Assembly: GCA_937911665.1 (NCBI GenBank) | Contig: CALDQB010000039.1 | Span: 14,601 to 78,600 of the forward strand | Direction of reading: 5' to 3' | DNA from: an uncultured Clostridia bacterium | GTDB taxonomy: Bacteria; Bacillota; Clostridia; Monoglobales; Monoglobaceae | Length of the DNA: 64,000 bases | In this document: positions 29,116 through 38,334 of the stretch, piece after piece | Position numbering within the stretch: the stretch's first letter is position 1 | Layout: each line of letters begins with the position of its first letter | The notes under the pieces: model-generated | Told to the model about the DNA's origin: nothing | Databases searched by the model: none | What the model saw: only the letters and a program-made list of their open reading frames with translations | Position numbers and translations under genes: made by a program

Positions 29116-30402
29116 TCAACCCACGTCGGTGTGCGCTTCCTCCGATGTTACTCTTCGTGAAATCTGTGCACCCAGACTCTTGAGCTTTGTTTCGAAATTC
29201 TCATATCCTCTGTCTATATACTTAAGATTAAATATCTCTGTAACCCCTTGCGCTGCAAGTCCCGCTATTACAAGAGCCGCACCTGCGCGCAGGTCGGTTG
29301 CATAAACAGGCGCGCCGAGAAGCTGCTCGCATCCGTCAACCGTTGCAGCTCTGCCGTCTACCACTACGCTTGCACCCATACGCTTGAGTTCATCTACATA
29401 TTTAAATCTGTTTTCCCAGACATTCTCTGTTACAATGCTTGTCCCATCCGCAAGAGTAAGCAAAGTTAAAATCTGCGGCTGTAAGTCGGTAGGAAAGCCG
29501 GGATACGGCTGGGTCTTTACATTGGCGCTGGCAAGACGTCCGCCATTTGTGTATATGCGGATTGCTTCGTCATATTCTTCTACGCAAACACCCATTTCCT
29601 CAAGCTTTGCGCTGAGTGACTCCATATGCTTGGGGATTATGTTTGTAACCATAACATCCCCGCCCGTTGCAGCAGCCGCAATCATAAAGGTTCCTGCTTC
29701 TATCTGGTCAGGAATAACGCTGAAGCTTCCGCCGTGAAGCTCTTTTACGCCCCTTATTTTTATAACATCTGTTCCCGCACCCTTGATGTTTGCACCCATA
29801 CAGTTTAAGAAGTTTGCAACATCAACGATGTGCGGCTCCTTTGCGGCACGGTTGATAACCGTAACACCCTCTGCAAAAACACCCGCAAGCATAATATTTA
29901 TTGTTGCACCTACAGAAACAACATCAAGATATACTCCGTTGCCGACAAGCTTGTCTGCACGGAGGTCAACTGATCCTCTGTCAAGTTCATACCTTGCACC
30001 GAGCGCTTCAAAACCCTTTATATGCTGGTCAATAGGTCTTACACCGAAATCGCATCCGCCTGGCAGGGCAACCCTTGCCTTGCCAAAACGTCCAAGCAGT
30101 GCGCCCATAAGATACGAGGACGCGCGAATTCTTCGAACCGCCTCATAATCCGCTTCGTAACCGCTAAGACCTGTGCAGTCAATCTCAACTGTGCTTTTTG
30201 AAACAAAAGCACCCTTGCCACCAAGTTTTATTATTATATCAAGCAATGCGTCAATATCACTTACGTGAGGAACATTGTCAATGCGGCACTTGCCCTTGAC
30301 CATTATCGCGGCAGCCAAAATAGCAACGGCAGAATTCTTCGCACCGCTGATTTCAACCATACCCTTAAGTTTGGTTCCTCCTAAAATAACTAATTTTTCC
30401 AT
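29116..30402 (-). CDS. murA: UDP-N-acetylglucosamine 1-carboxyvinyltransferase
   Basis: [30 protein letters not shown]. Catalytic-loop region [15 protein letters not shown]. Start at ATG 30402 behind GGGAGCG. Confidence 0.93.
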   Translation of the reverse strand: MEKLVILGGTKLKGMVEISGAKNSAVAILAAAIMVKGKCRIDNVPHVSDIDALLDIIIKLGGKGAFVSKSTVEIDCTGLSGYEADYEAVRRIRASSYLMGALLGRFGKARVALPGGCDFGVRPIDQHIKGFEALGARYELDRGSVDLRADKLVGNGVYLDVVSVGATINIMLAGVFAEGVTVINRAAKEPHIVDVANFLNCMGANIKGAGTDVIKIRGVKELHGGSFSVIPDQIEAGTFMIAAAATGGDVMVTNIIPKHMESLSAKLEEMGVCVEEYDEAIRIYTNGGRLASANVKTQPYPGFPTDLQPQILTLLTLADGTSIVTENVWENRFKYVDELKRMGASVVVDGRAATVDGCEQLLGAPVYATDLRAGAALVIAGLAAQGVTEIFNLKYIDRGYENFETKLKSLGAQISRRVTSEEAHTDVG

Positions 30403-30673
30403 ATAGACGCTCCCATCCGCTTGGATTTTATCTACATATTGTGTAATCTGCATTTAATTATAACAATACTTTGGTATAAATGCAAGACTTTTTTAATTTT
30501 TATATACCGAGACAATACACCATCGTATTTTATATTATAACATACTCATATTACATTGCCATTACGATAAGATTAAATCTTTCCAAAACATTTTATACAC
30601 TTTGGCATATTATTAAAGTAGGAGGCATATACAAGCCTTCGATTATCATTTGAATTATCAAGGAAGTGAAAAT

Positions 30674-31234
30674 ATGGCTGTAAAAATATTTGTAGATGCA
30701 GGGCACGGCGGCAGCGACCCGGGCGCCGTCGGCAACCTGGTTGTAGAACAAGCTGTTAACTTAAGTGTTGCAAACCAGCTTGCCGCTCTTTTGCGTCAGG
30801 GCGGATATGAAGTAATGCAATATCGTACCACAAGGACAGAGAATGTCCTACCAGGGAAAAGCGCAGACCTTACCAATCGGGCAAGGATGGCAAATAACTG
30901 GGGTGCAGATTATTTTGTAAGTATACACACCAACAGCTCTCCTAACCCCGCGGCAAACGGCTTTGAGGCTTATGTTTATCGGCTGGGCGGCAGAGCGCAG
31001 GCTCTTGCCGAGTCAATAGTCCGCTCGTTCGTAAATCGCCTGGGTTCAAAAAACAACGGCGTACGTGCTGCCAATTTTGCCGTTTTAAGACAGACCGATA
31101 TGCCCGCTGTATTGCTTGAGCTTGGTTATCTCAGCAATCCCACAGAGGCACTAAACCTCAACAGCTCCGCTTGGCAAAGTGCCGCCGCACAGACTATCTA
31201 TGACGGCATTTATAATTATGTAAAGCCAAATTAA
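30674..31234 (+). CDS. N-acetylmuramoyl-L-alanine amidase (Amidase_3), no signal peptide
   Basis: KIFVDAGHGGSDPGA, SIHTNS, ELGYLSN motifs. Start at ATG 30674. Confidence 0.85.
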   Translation: MAVKIFVDAGHGGSDPGAVGNLVVEQAVNLSVANQLAALLRQGGYEVMQYRTTRTENVLPGKSADLTNRARMANNWGADYFVSIHTNSSPNPAANGFEAYVYRLGGRAQALAESIVRSFVNRLGSKNNGVRAANFAVLRQTDMPAVLLELGYLSNPTEALNLNSSAWQSAAAQTIYDGIYNYVKPN

Positions 31235-31237
31235 AAT

Positions 31238-31267
31238 TCCGCCCTTATAACAGGGCGGATATTTTTC
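31238..31267 (+). terminator. Rho-independent terminator
   Basis: TCCGCCCT-tataac-AGGGCGGA then ATATTTTT. Confidence 0.75.
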
Positions 31268-31646
31268 TGCAAAAATTTTTAAAATTTGACAATCCTATAA
31301 AATTCAGAATTTATAAAAATTTTTAAAAAATTTTTTTGTGCGGAAAATCCAAATATATTGTTAATGGAAAATTTTTCTGCAACAACATTTGGTGTAAGCC
31401 CTCTTTCCGCAAGGCTTTAGAGCGCTTTTTTGGCAAATTTAGGTGTTGAATTATTTTTTTGTTTCTGTTATTATATTGTTACAGAGATATTACAGATTTT
31501 TTTCGCAAGGTTTTTGCGCCTTTTTTTCGGTGTGAATTCTTCGTATATTATATAATTTTATAGTATATTTTGTTGATTTTCGTCTGTTTCCGACTGACGT
31601 TTCTTTGGTGCGGTCGGTTTTCAATTATACCGGGAGGAAAAAAGAA

Positions 31647-32969
31647 GTGAAGGAATTAAATGAAATTTGGAAAAATGTGCAGACGCAGATGTCTGAAGAG
31701 ATATCTGCTGTTTCTTTTGACACATGGATAAAGCCTGTTCGCGCTACTGCTATAAACGGGGATGAAATCGTCCTTTCTGTAAGCAGTAGTGTTAATAAGA
31801 ATATGCTTATGACCAAGTTCCGCTCCATGCTCGAGAGCTGTCTTGAGCTTGCCACAGGCAGAACTTTGGCACTCAATGTTGTTATAGAAGACGGCAATTC
31901 CCCTGCTAAATCCAAGGCAGAGGTATCTGACCCTATCCGCAGGGAAAATATCTTAAATCCCAAATATTCGTTTGAAAGCTTCGTCGTTGGTACAAACAAC
32001 AATTTAGCTTGCGAGGCTTCTATCAGCGTTGCCGAATCCCCCGGCGAAAAGTATAATCCCCTCTTCCTCTATGGAGGAAGCGGACTTGGCAAGACTCATC
32101 TTTTGCAGGCGATAGGAAACCGCTTTCTTGAGCTTTATCCTAACAAGACTGTCCTCTACACCACAAGTGAAAAGTTTACATATGAGTTGGTTACTGCTAT
32201 CCGTGAAAAAACCAATCAGGATTTTCGCAATAAGTACAGAAACGTTGACCTTTTGCTCGTAGATGACGTGCAATTTCTCGCTACGAAGGAGCTTGCGCAG
32301 GAAGAATTCTTCCACACCTTTAATGCAATTTACGAAGCGGGAAATCAAATCGTTCTGACATCAGACCGTCTGCCGTCTGAAACTCCTCACCTTACCGAGA
32401 GACTCAAAAGCAGATTTCAAATGGGACTTTTAGCTGATGTTCAGCCACCCGATTACGAAACCCGCCTTGCTATTCTTCGTGCCAAGATTGAGGAAGAATA
32501 TTTCACCTTTGACGAAGAGATAATCGAATATGTTGCCAACAATATCCGTTCAAATGTCCGCGACCTTGAAGGCGCAGTCAAGCGTATCCTTGCCTATGCG
32601 GGAATAGAGCGCACAAACACAATTTCTATAGAGCTTGCCCAAAAGGCTCTCAAGGAGATTATATCTACTCTCCCACAGCGAAACATAACCATTTCGGTTA
32701 TAATCGACGAGGTGGAAAAATATTATCATCTGCCGTCGGGCTCTCTTAAAACAGCAAAGCGCTCTAACGATGTTGCATATCCGAGACATATTGCGATGTA
32801 TCTTGCCCGCGAGGTTTTAAATGAATCCTATCCCCGAATCGGCGAAGAATTCAACCGCGACCATTCAACAGTTATGAATGCGGTAAAGAAAGTAGGCAAA
32901 AACCTCAGCGGTGATACAGAACTTGCGGACAAACTTCAGGATTTGGTTAACAACATTCGCAAAAATTAA
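31647..32969 (+). CDS. dnaA: Chromosomal replication initiator protein DnaA
   Basis: Walker A GGSGLGKTHLLQAIG, Walker B LLLVDDVQFL. C-terminal DNA-binding domain RSNDVAYPRHIAMYLAREV..SYPRIGEEFNRDHSTVMNAVKKV. Start placed at GTG 31647, 7 nt after GGGAGGA (ORF track TTG 31605). Confidence 0.93.
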   Translation: MKELNEIWKNVQTQMSEEISAVSFDTWIKPVRATAINGDEIVLSVSSSVNKNMLMTKFRSMLESCLELATGRTLALNVVIEDGNSPAKSKAEVSDPIRRENILNPKYSFESFVVGTNNNLACEASISVAESPGEKYNPLFLYGGSGLGKTHLLQAIGNRFLELYPNKTVLYTTSEKFTYELVTAIREKTNQDFRNKYRNVDLLLVDDVQFLATKELAQEEFFHTFNAIYEAGNQIVLTSDRLPSETPHLTERLKSRFQMGLLADVQPPDYETRLAILRAKIEEEYFTFDEEIIEYVANNIRSNVRDLEGAVKRILAYAGIERTNTISIELAQKALKEIISTLPQRNITISVIIDEVEKYYHLPSGSLKTAKRSNDVAYPRHIAMYLAREVLNESYPRIGEEFNRDHSTVMNAVKKVGKNLSGDTELADKLQDLVNNIRKN

Positions 32970-32983
32970 TTTGGAGAAACATT

Positions 32984-34375
32984 ATGAAGCTTAATGATAC
33001 AATAGCGGCGATTGCTACCCCGAGAGGCTCGGGCGGCATCGCCATTATTCGCCTGAGCGGCGAAAATGCAGAGGCTATCGCCGCAAAAATGATTGTACCA
33101 TACGGCAACAAAAATATATGCGATTTGGAAAGTCACAAGCTTACACTCTGCCGTGTATATTCAGACAAGGGCTATCTCCTTGATGAAGCTCTCGTTGCCG
33201 TAATGCGTGCACCAAAGTCTTATACGGGCGAAAACGTCGTGGAAGTCAACTGCCACGGCGGTTTTTTGGCAGCAGACAAAATTCTTCACGGGCTTTTAGG
33301 GTGCGGTGCCCGTCTGGCAGAACCGGGCGAGTTTACAAGGCGTGCCTTTATAAACGGCAAGACCGACCTTAGCGGAGCGGAGGCGGTTGTGGATTTATTA
33401 AACTCCTCATCCGTTGCGGGTCTTCACAACGCTGCCCTCTCGGTCACAGGCGCTCTTGCAGAGAAAATCAACAATCTCCGCGCACGGCTTATGGAAATAG
33501 CTGCGCATATCTCCGCGGCGGCAGACTATCCCGACGAGGTTGACGCCCCGCAGGACACCATTCTTTCAGGCGACCTTTTTGAAATTCGCGATGAGGTTCT
33601 CTCCCTCCTTCGTGGCTTTGAAACGGGCAGAATTTTAAAAGACGGTGTAAGATGTGCCATTGTCGGCAAGCCCAATGTCGGAAAATCTTCAATTCTCAAC
33701 TCTCTTCTTCGCTTTGAACGCGCGATTGTAACTGATGTCCCGGGTACTACCCGCGACACAATTGAGGAGCTTATAAGCATCGGGGGTATCGCTCTGCGTC
33801 TTACAGATACGGCGGGCATCCGCGAAGCCGTTGACGAGGTTGAAAAAATCGGTATTGAGCGTTCGATTGAAAATATCAATATGGCAGACCTCTGTCTTTT
33901 CGTTATTGACGCATCCGCAAAACCCGATGATGCCGATATGACCATCGCAGATGCAATAGAGGGCAAGTCATCAATTCTCATACTCAACAAAACCGACAAA
34001 GGCTCCTTGATAAGCAAGGCTGACGCAAAAAAAATCTTCGGCATAGGCTCTGACAAAATCATCGAAACTTCAACCCCCAAGGGTGTAGCCGCTCAAGGCA
34101 TCGACAAGCTCGAAGCCGTGATTTCGGATATGTTTGCTTATGAGAATTTATCAACCGACCACGTGTATATAACAAGCGAAAGACAAAGGGATTCTCTCCT
34201 TCGTGCAGACGCGGGTCTCAGTCGCGCTCTCGACGGACTATCTGCAGGGATGCCGTACGACCTCCTCTTTATTGATATCGAGGATGTATTGTCTGCTCTC
34301 GGCGAGGTTACAGGCCTTACTGTCAGCGAAGAGATAATTGACAGTGTTTTTGAAAATTTTTGTGTAGGAAAGTAA
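32984..34375 (+). CDS. mnmE: tRNA modification GTPase MnmE
   Basis: 463 aa. G1 GKPNVGKSSILNSLL, DTAGIRE, NKTD. Invariant C-terminal FCVGK. Confidence 0.95.
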   Translation: MKLNDTIAAIATPRGSGGIAIIRLSGENAEAIAAKMIVPYGNKNICDLESHKLTLCRVYSDKGYLLDEALVAVMRAPKSYTGENVVEVNCHGGFLAADKILHGLLGCGARLAEPGEFTRRAFINGKTDLSGAEAVVDLLNSSSVAGLHNAALSVTGALAEKINNLRARLMEIAAHISAAADYPDEVDAPQDTILSGDLFEIRDEVLSLLRGFETGRILKDGVRCAIVGKPNVGKSSILNSLLRFERAIVTDVPGTTRDTIEELISIGGIALRLTDTAGIREAVDEVEKIGIERSIENINMADLCLFVIDASAKPDDADMTIADAIEGKSSILILNKTDKGSLISKADAKKIFGIGSDKIIETSTPKGVAAQGIDKLEAVISDMFAYENLSTDHVYITSERQRDSLLRADAGLSRALDGLSAGMPYDLLFIDIEDVLSALGEVTGLTVSEEIIDSVFENFCVGK

Positions 34376-34379
34376 AGCT

Positions 34380-35378
34380 ATGGATAATTTTGTGAAAATA
34401 CCTTTTGACTTTATCGAAAAATATGTCAGATTTACAAAGCCTGAATATATTCAGGTCTATTTGTATGTAAAATATATTTCTGAAAAAGACGGCGCTTTTC
34501 CCTCTTCCGAGGATGTTGCAAAGGCTCTTGACATATCTGTCGCAAAGGCAGAATTTATTCTTGAGTACTGGGCAAGTCGCAACGAGCTTACAGAGAGCAA
34601 ATCTGCACTTTTTGCAGAGGTTGCGTCTGCAAAAGCTGAAGGCTCTTCCAAAACACAGCTGATAAAGAGAATCAGAAGCACCAAGCCTGCATATTCGCAA
34701 GCCGAAATAGACACGGTTTCTGCAGCTAACAAGCAAATCTCGGGTCTTTTCTATCAGGCAGAGACAATTCTCGACAAGGTTCTTACCGCGTCGGATATGG
34801 AGCTTTTATTCTCGTTTCACGATTGGCTCGGTCTTCCTGTCGAGGTTATCATGATGCTTCTTTCATATGCTGCAAAGAGAGGCAAAACAACCAAGCATTA
34901 CCTTGAAACCGCGGCAATAGACTGGGCAGAAAAGGGCATCGATACATATGAAGCGGCGGAGGACTATGTTTCCCGTCTTGAAGCGGCAGATTCTGCCGAG
35001 CACAGCATCCGCTCTATACTTGGAATTTACGACAGAGCACTCAGCTCTACCGAAAGAAAGTATATAAAGCTCTGGGCAAATGAGATGCAAATTCCTCTGG
35101 AGCTTATCTCTCTTGCGTATGACAAAACAATAACCGCTACGGGAAAGCTCAGCTATGGATATATGAATAAAATTCTTGAAAACTGGATTTCCTGCGGTTA
35201 TCAAACCGCACAAGATGTAAATGCCGCAGAAGAAAATTTCTATAAAAACGGGGGCGGCGTAAAACCAACCCATGACAAAAAAGCCAAAAAGAGCGGCTTT
35301 AACAATTACGAGGACACCAACAAAACCGATTATGCCGAGCTTGAACGGCAGCTTTTGGATATGTTATCCGAAGAATAG
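34380..35378 (+). CDS. DnaD/DnaB_2-domain replication initiation and membrane attachment protein (B. subtilis DnaB-like)
   Basis: 332 aa. Two DnaD-like C-terminal repeats (MLLSYAAKRGKTTKHYLETAAIDWAEKGI and LISLAYDKTITATGKLSYGYMNKILENWISCGY). Confidence 0.75.
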   Translation: MDNFVKIPFDFIEKYVRFTKPEYIQVYLYVKYISEKDGAFPSSEDVAKALDISVAKAEFILEYWASRNELTESKSALFAEVASAKAEGSSKTQLIKRIRSTKPAYSQAEIDTVSAANKQISGLFYQAETILDKVLTASDMELLFSFHDWLGLPVEVIMMLLSYAAKRGKTTKHYLETAAIDWAEKGIDTYEAAEDYVSRLEAADSAEHSIRSILGIYDRALSSTERKYIKLWANEMQIPLELISLAYDKTITATGKLSYGYMNKILENWISCGYQTAQDVNAAEENFYKNGGGVKPTHDKKAKKSGFNNYEDTNKTDYAELERQLLDMLSEE

Positions 35379-35393
35379 TAAGGAGTGTGAAAT

Positions 35394-36395
35394 ATGGACT
35401 CTGCTTATTCACTTGCAAATTCTGCGCTTGCAAAAATCCGCAGAAAAAACAGCGAAGAACAAAAAAACAGAGAAGATAAGGTGCGTACGCTCGCACCCGA
35501 ATATACAGAGATAGAAGCGCGTCTGGCATCATGCGGAGTTGCACTTGCAAAAGGCGTATTAAACGGCGGCGCCGATATTTTAGAAATCCGCCGCAAAATA
35601 GAGACGGCACAGGCAGAAAAGGCGGCAATCTTAAAACGGTTGGGTCTTCCGTCTGATTTTCTTGACGAAATATATTCCTGCAAAAAATGCGGTGACAGAG
35701 GCTATACCGAGGACGGAAGCCGTTGTGAATGTCTTAAAAATATGGCTTCAAAATATGTCGGTGTCGCTTCCAATCTCACCGATGTTATGCGGAGCGAAAC
35801 TTTTAAAAATTTCAATTTTTCCCTTTTTTCAAAGCAACCCGATATTAACGGATATTCCATTTTGAGTATAATGAAAAACGCTTACAAAAAGGCAGAGGTT
35901 TTTGCAGAAACCTTTGACAGCGAACATTCCAATCTGTATCTTTTTGGAAATGCGGGTACGGGCAAAACCTACCTTTCCTCCTGCATTGCAAACAGAGCAA
36001 TAGAGCGAGGAAAGTCGGTTTACTATCAGTCGGCGTTCAGGCTTCTTGATATGATGGAGAAACTAAAATTCGGCAGACTTGACGATGAAGAGCTCTCCGC
36101 CGCAGAATACGCATCAAGATATGTCTACACGGCAGATTTGCTCATTCTCGACGATGTTGGAACGGAATTCGTAAGCTCCTATTCTTCCGCCGCACTTTTT
36201 GATATAATCAATTCAAGAATTATGTCAGGCAAGAGCACCATCGTTTCGTCTAACCTAAATCCCGAAAAGATTGAAGAGATTTATGGCTCGAGAATGTCAT
36301 CGCGAATGGTCGGCTCGTTTGATATGATAATGTTTTTAGGTGCAGATTTGAGAAAACTGAATAATATGAACAAAAAAAGAAACGAGGATTGTTAA
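35394..36395 (+). CDS. DnaI/DnaC-like AAA+ helicase loader
   Basis: 333 aa. Cys cluster CKKCGDRGYTEDGSRCEC, Walker A GNAGTGKTYL, Walker B LLILDDVG. Confidence 0.8.
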   Translation: MDSAYSLANSALAKIRRKNSEEQKNREDKVRTLAPEYTEIEARLASCGVALAKGVLNGGADILEIRRKIETAQAEKAAILKRLGLPSDFLDEIYSCKKCGDRGYTEDGSRCECLKNMASKYVGVASNLTDVMRSETFKNFNFSLFSKQPDINGYSILSIMKNAYKKAEVFAETFDSEHSNLYLFGNAGTGKTYLSSCIANRAIERGKSVYYQSAFRLLDMMEKLKFGRLDDEELSAAEYASRYVYTADLLILDDVGTEFVSSYSSAALFDIINSRIMSGKSTIVSSNLNPEKIEEIYGSRMSSRMVGSFDMIMFLGADLRKLNNMNKKRNEDC

Positions 36396-36409
36396 TCCTC
36401 GTTTCTTTT
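36376..36409. terminator. Bidirectional terminator (loader gene / mtnN)
   Basis: AAAGAAACGAGGATT-gtt-AATCCTCGTTTCTTT. The loader stop codon lies in the loop. Confidence 0.8.
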
Positions 36410-37094
36410 ATATTCTCTCTGCAAAGAGGGTCATTACTTTAATTGAATTTTCTGCCGCCAGAGCCGCAAATTCAGGGAAAGACATACTCGCCTCATCATC
36501 ACCGCCGTCAGATATTGCACGCAACACTCCGAAAGGAACTCCGTTCCTTACGCAAACGTGTCCGATTGCACCGCCCTCCATCTCACAAACCGCAGCATTG
36601 AAATTTTCTACAAGCCACGCCTTCTTTTCTGCCGAACTGATAAACTGGTCGCCCGTTGCAACTATTCCCTTTCGGCAATCAATTCCGCACTCCTCTATAC
36701 ATTCAAAGAGCATATCTGTAATTTTCTTATCACAATCCATTTCTACGGCATCAATTCCGCAGATGTATCCTACCTTATGTCCCAGAGGTGACATATCCAT
36801 ATCGTGCTCCACCACACTGGTTGCCGCTACAACATCACCAATTTTCAACCCCTCGGCAAGACCTCCTCCAACACCCGTATTTACAATCATATCGGGATTG
36901 TATTCCATAATCATTGACTGGGCACAGATTGCCGCATTTACCTTGCCCTCGCCGCAAACCGCAACTACTGCCTCTTTTCCGCAAAGGAGTCCCTTTGTGA
37001 ATGTTATTCCTGCAATTATCTTGTCAATCTTATCGGTCATTATGGCTTTAAGTCCGTCAATCTCGACAGTCATCGCTCCTATAATTCCTATCAT
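36408..37094 (-). CDS. mtnN: 5'-methylthioadenosine/S-adenosylhomocysteine nucleosidase
   Basis: 228 aa. MIGIIGAMTVEI, VNTGVGGGL, CEMEGGAIGHVC. Confidence 0.9.
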   Translation of the reverse strand: MIGIIGAMTVEIDGLKAIMTDKIDKIIAGITFTKGLLCGKEAVVAVCGEGKVNAAICAQSMIMEYNPDMIVNTGVGGGLAEGLKIGDVVAATSVVEHDMDMSPLGHKVGYICGIDAVEMDCDKKITDMLFECIEECGIDCRKGIVATGDQFISSAEKKAWLVENFNAAVCEMEGGAIGHVCVRNGVPFGVLRAISDGGDDEASMSFPEFAALAAENSIKVMTLFAERI

Positions 37095-38284
37095 TATAAT
37101 ACCTCCGCTCTTTTTCCTTTCGAATATAACAGCTTAAGTACAATTGGTGTCATAATTGATGAAACAACAATCAATAATATTATAGGTGTAAAAAAGACAG
37201 GTTCTAAAAGTCCTACGGACATTCCCTTTTGTGCAACGATAAGGGCAACCTCGCCTCGAGTCATCATACCCACGCCGACCTTTAAACTGTCAGGGGTATT
37301 TATTTTACATATTCTTGAGGCAAGTCCGCAACCTAAAATCTTTGAAATGAGCGCAACAATTACAAAGCAAGCCGAGAACACAAGCATCGTTGCCGATATC
37401 CCGTCGATATTTGTACGAAGACCGACGCTGGCAAAGAAAACGGGCGCAAACAGCATATATGAATTTATCATTACCTTGCTCTCTATATATTCCGAGTCGT
37501 GTATGTTACAGAGAATTACCCCTGCCGCAAAAGCACCTGTCACATCGGCAACACCAAAAAATTTTTCCGCAATATACGAAAGAGCCATACAAAGCGCCAA
37601 GCCGAAAATCGCTATTCTCTGTGTGTGTCTGTATCTTGCATCAATCTTTTTGAAAATCTTATAAAATATTATTCCGCCAACCGCGGTTATAACAAAGAAC
37701 AGAATATTTCTCAATATAACCTCGCCTATCGGAGTGCTTTGGGAATCTGTACCTATTCCTATTACAATAGCAAGTACAATAATGCCGATAATATCATCAA
37801 TAATTGCCGCACTCACAATTGTAGTGCCGAGCTTAGTTTTAAGCTTTCCCATTTCGGCAAGCGCCTGAACCGTGATACTTACTGATGTAGCGGTGAGAAC
37901 AACGCCAATGAAAACCGCACGATAAAACTCAACACTTCCAACGGCTGCTACCCCATAAAACGCCATATACAAAACCGTTCCGCAAACAAGGGGAACAAAA
38001 ACACCCGCGCACGCAATGGCAAAAGATATCCAGCCGACACTCTTTAAATCCTTGAGGTTGGTGCCAAGTCCCGCCGAAAACATAAGCAGCACAACACCTA
38101 TTTCCGCCATTTGTGCCAAAAAGTCAGTTTGATTTACAATTCCAAGAACGCCCGGACCTATAAGAAGTCCCGCAACAATCTCGCCGACAACCTGTGGAAT
38201 TTTTATTTTTCTTGCCAAAAGTCCCATCAGCTTTGCCGCAACAATAATAATAGCGATATCTTTAAAAACTTCGTATGCGTGCAT
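37094..38284 (-). CDS. Cation:proton antiporter (CPA2, Na+/H+ exchanger family)
   Basis: 396 aa polytopic. IPQVVGEIVAGLLIGPGVLG N-terminal motif. Confidence 0.85.
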   Translation of the reverse strand: MHAYEVFKDIAIIIVAAKLMGLLARKIKIPQVVGEIVAGLLIGPGVLGIVNQTDFLAQMAEIGVVLLMFSAGLGTNLKDLKSVGWISFAIACAGVFVPLVCGTVLYMAFYGVAAVGSVEFYRAVFIGVVLTATSVSITVQALAEMGKLKTKLGTTIVSAAIIDDIIGIIVLAIVIGIGTDSQSTPIGEVILRNILFFVITAVGGIIFYKIFKKIDARYRHTQRIAIFGLALCMALSYIAEKFFGVADVTGAFAAGVILCNIHDSEYIESKVMINSYMLFAPVFFASVGLRTNIDGISATMLVFSACFVIVALISKILGCGLASRICKINTPDSLKVGVGMMTRGEVALIVAQKGMSVGLLEPVFFTPIILLIVVSSIMTPIVLKLLYSKGKRAEVL

Positions 38285-38306
38285 AAAAATTACCCCCCGT
38301 CATATT

Positions 38307-38329
38307 AAAAGCCGCTAAACGCGGCTTTT
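38307..38329 (-). terminator. Terminator of the SLH/M15 gene
   Basis: AAAAGCCGC-gttta-GCGGCTTTT then TAAT on the minus strand. Confidence 0.7.
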
Positions 38330-38334
38330 AATTC

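Noticed and set aside
34380-36395. DnaD-like plus DnaC-like pair as a phage/plasmid replication module or prophage remnant
   Set aside because: No integrase, repressor, or structural or recombination genes are adjacent. The genes are tightly packed with dnaA and mnmE, and they resemble the chromosomal dnaB-dnaI pair of Firmicutes. A mobile origin cannot be excluded without phylogeny.
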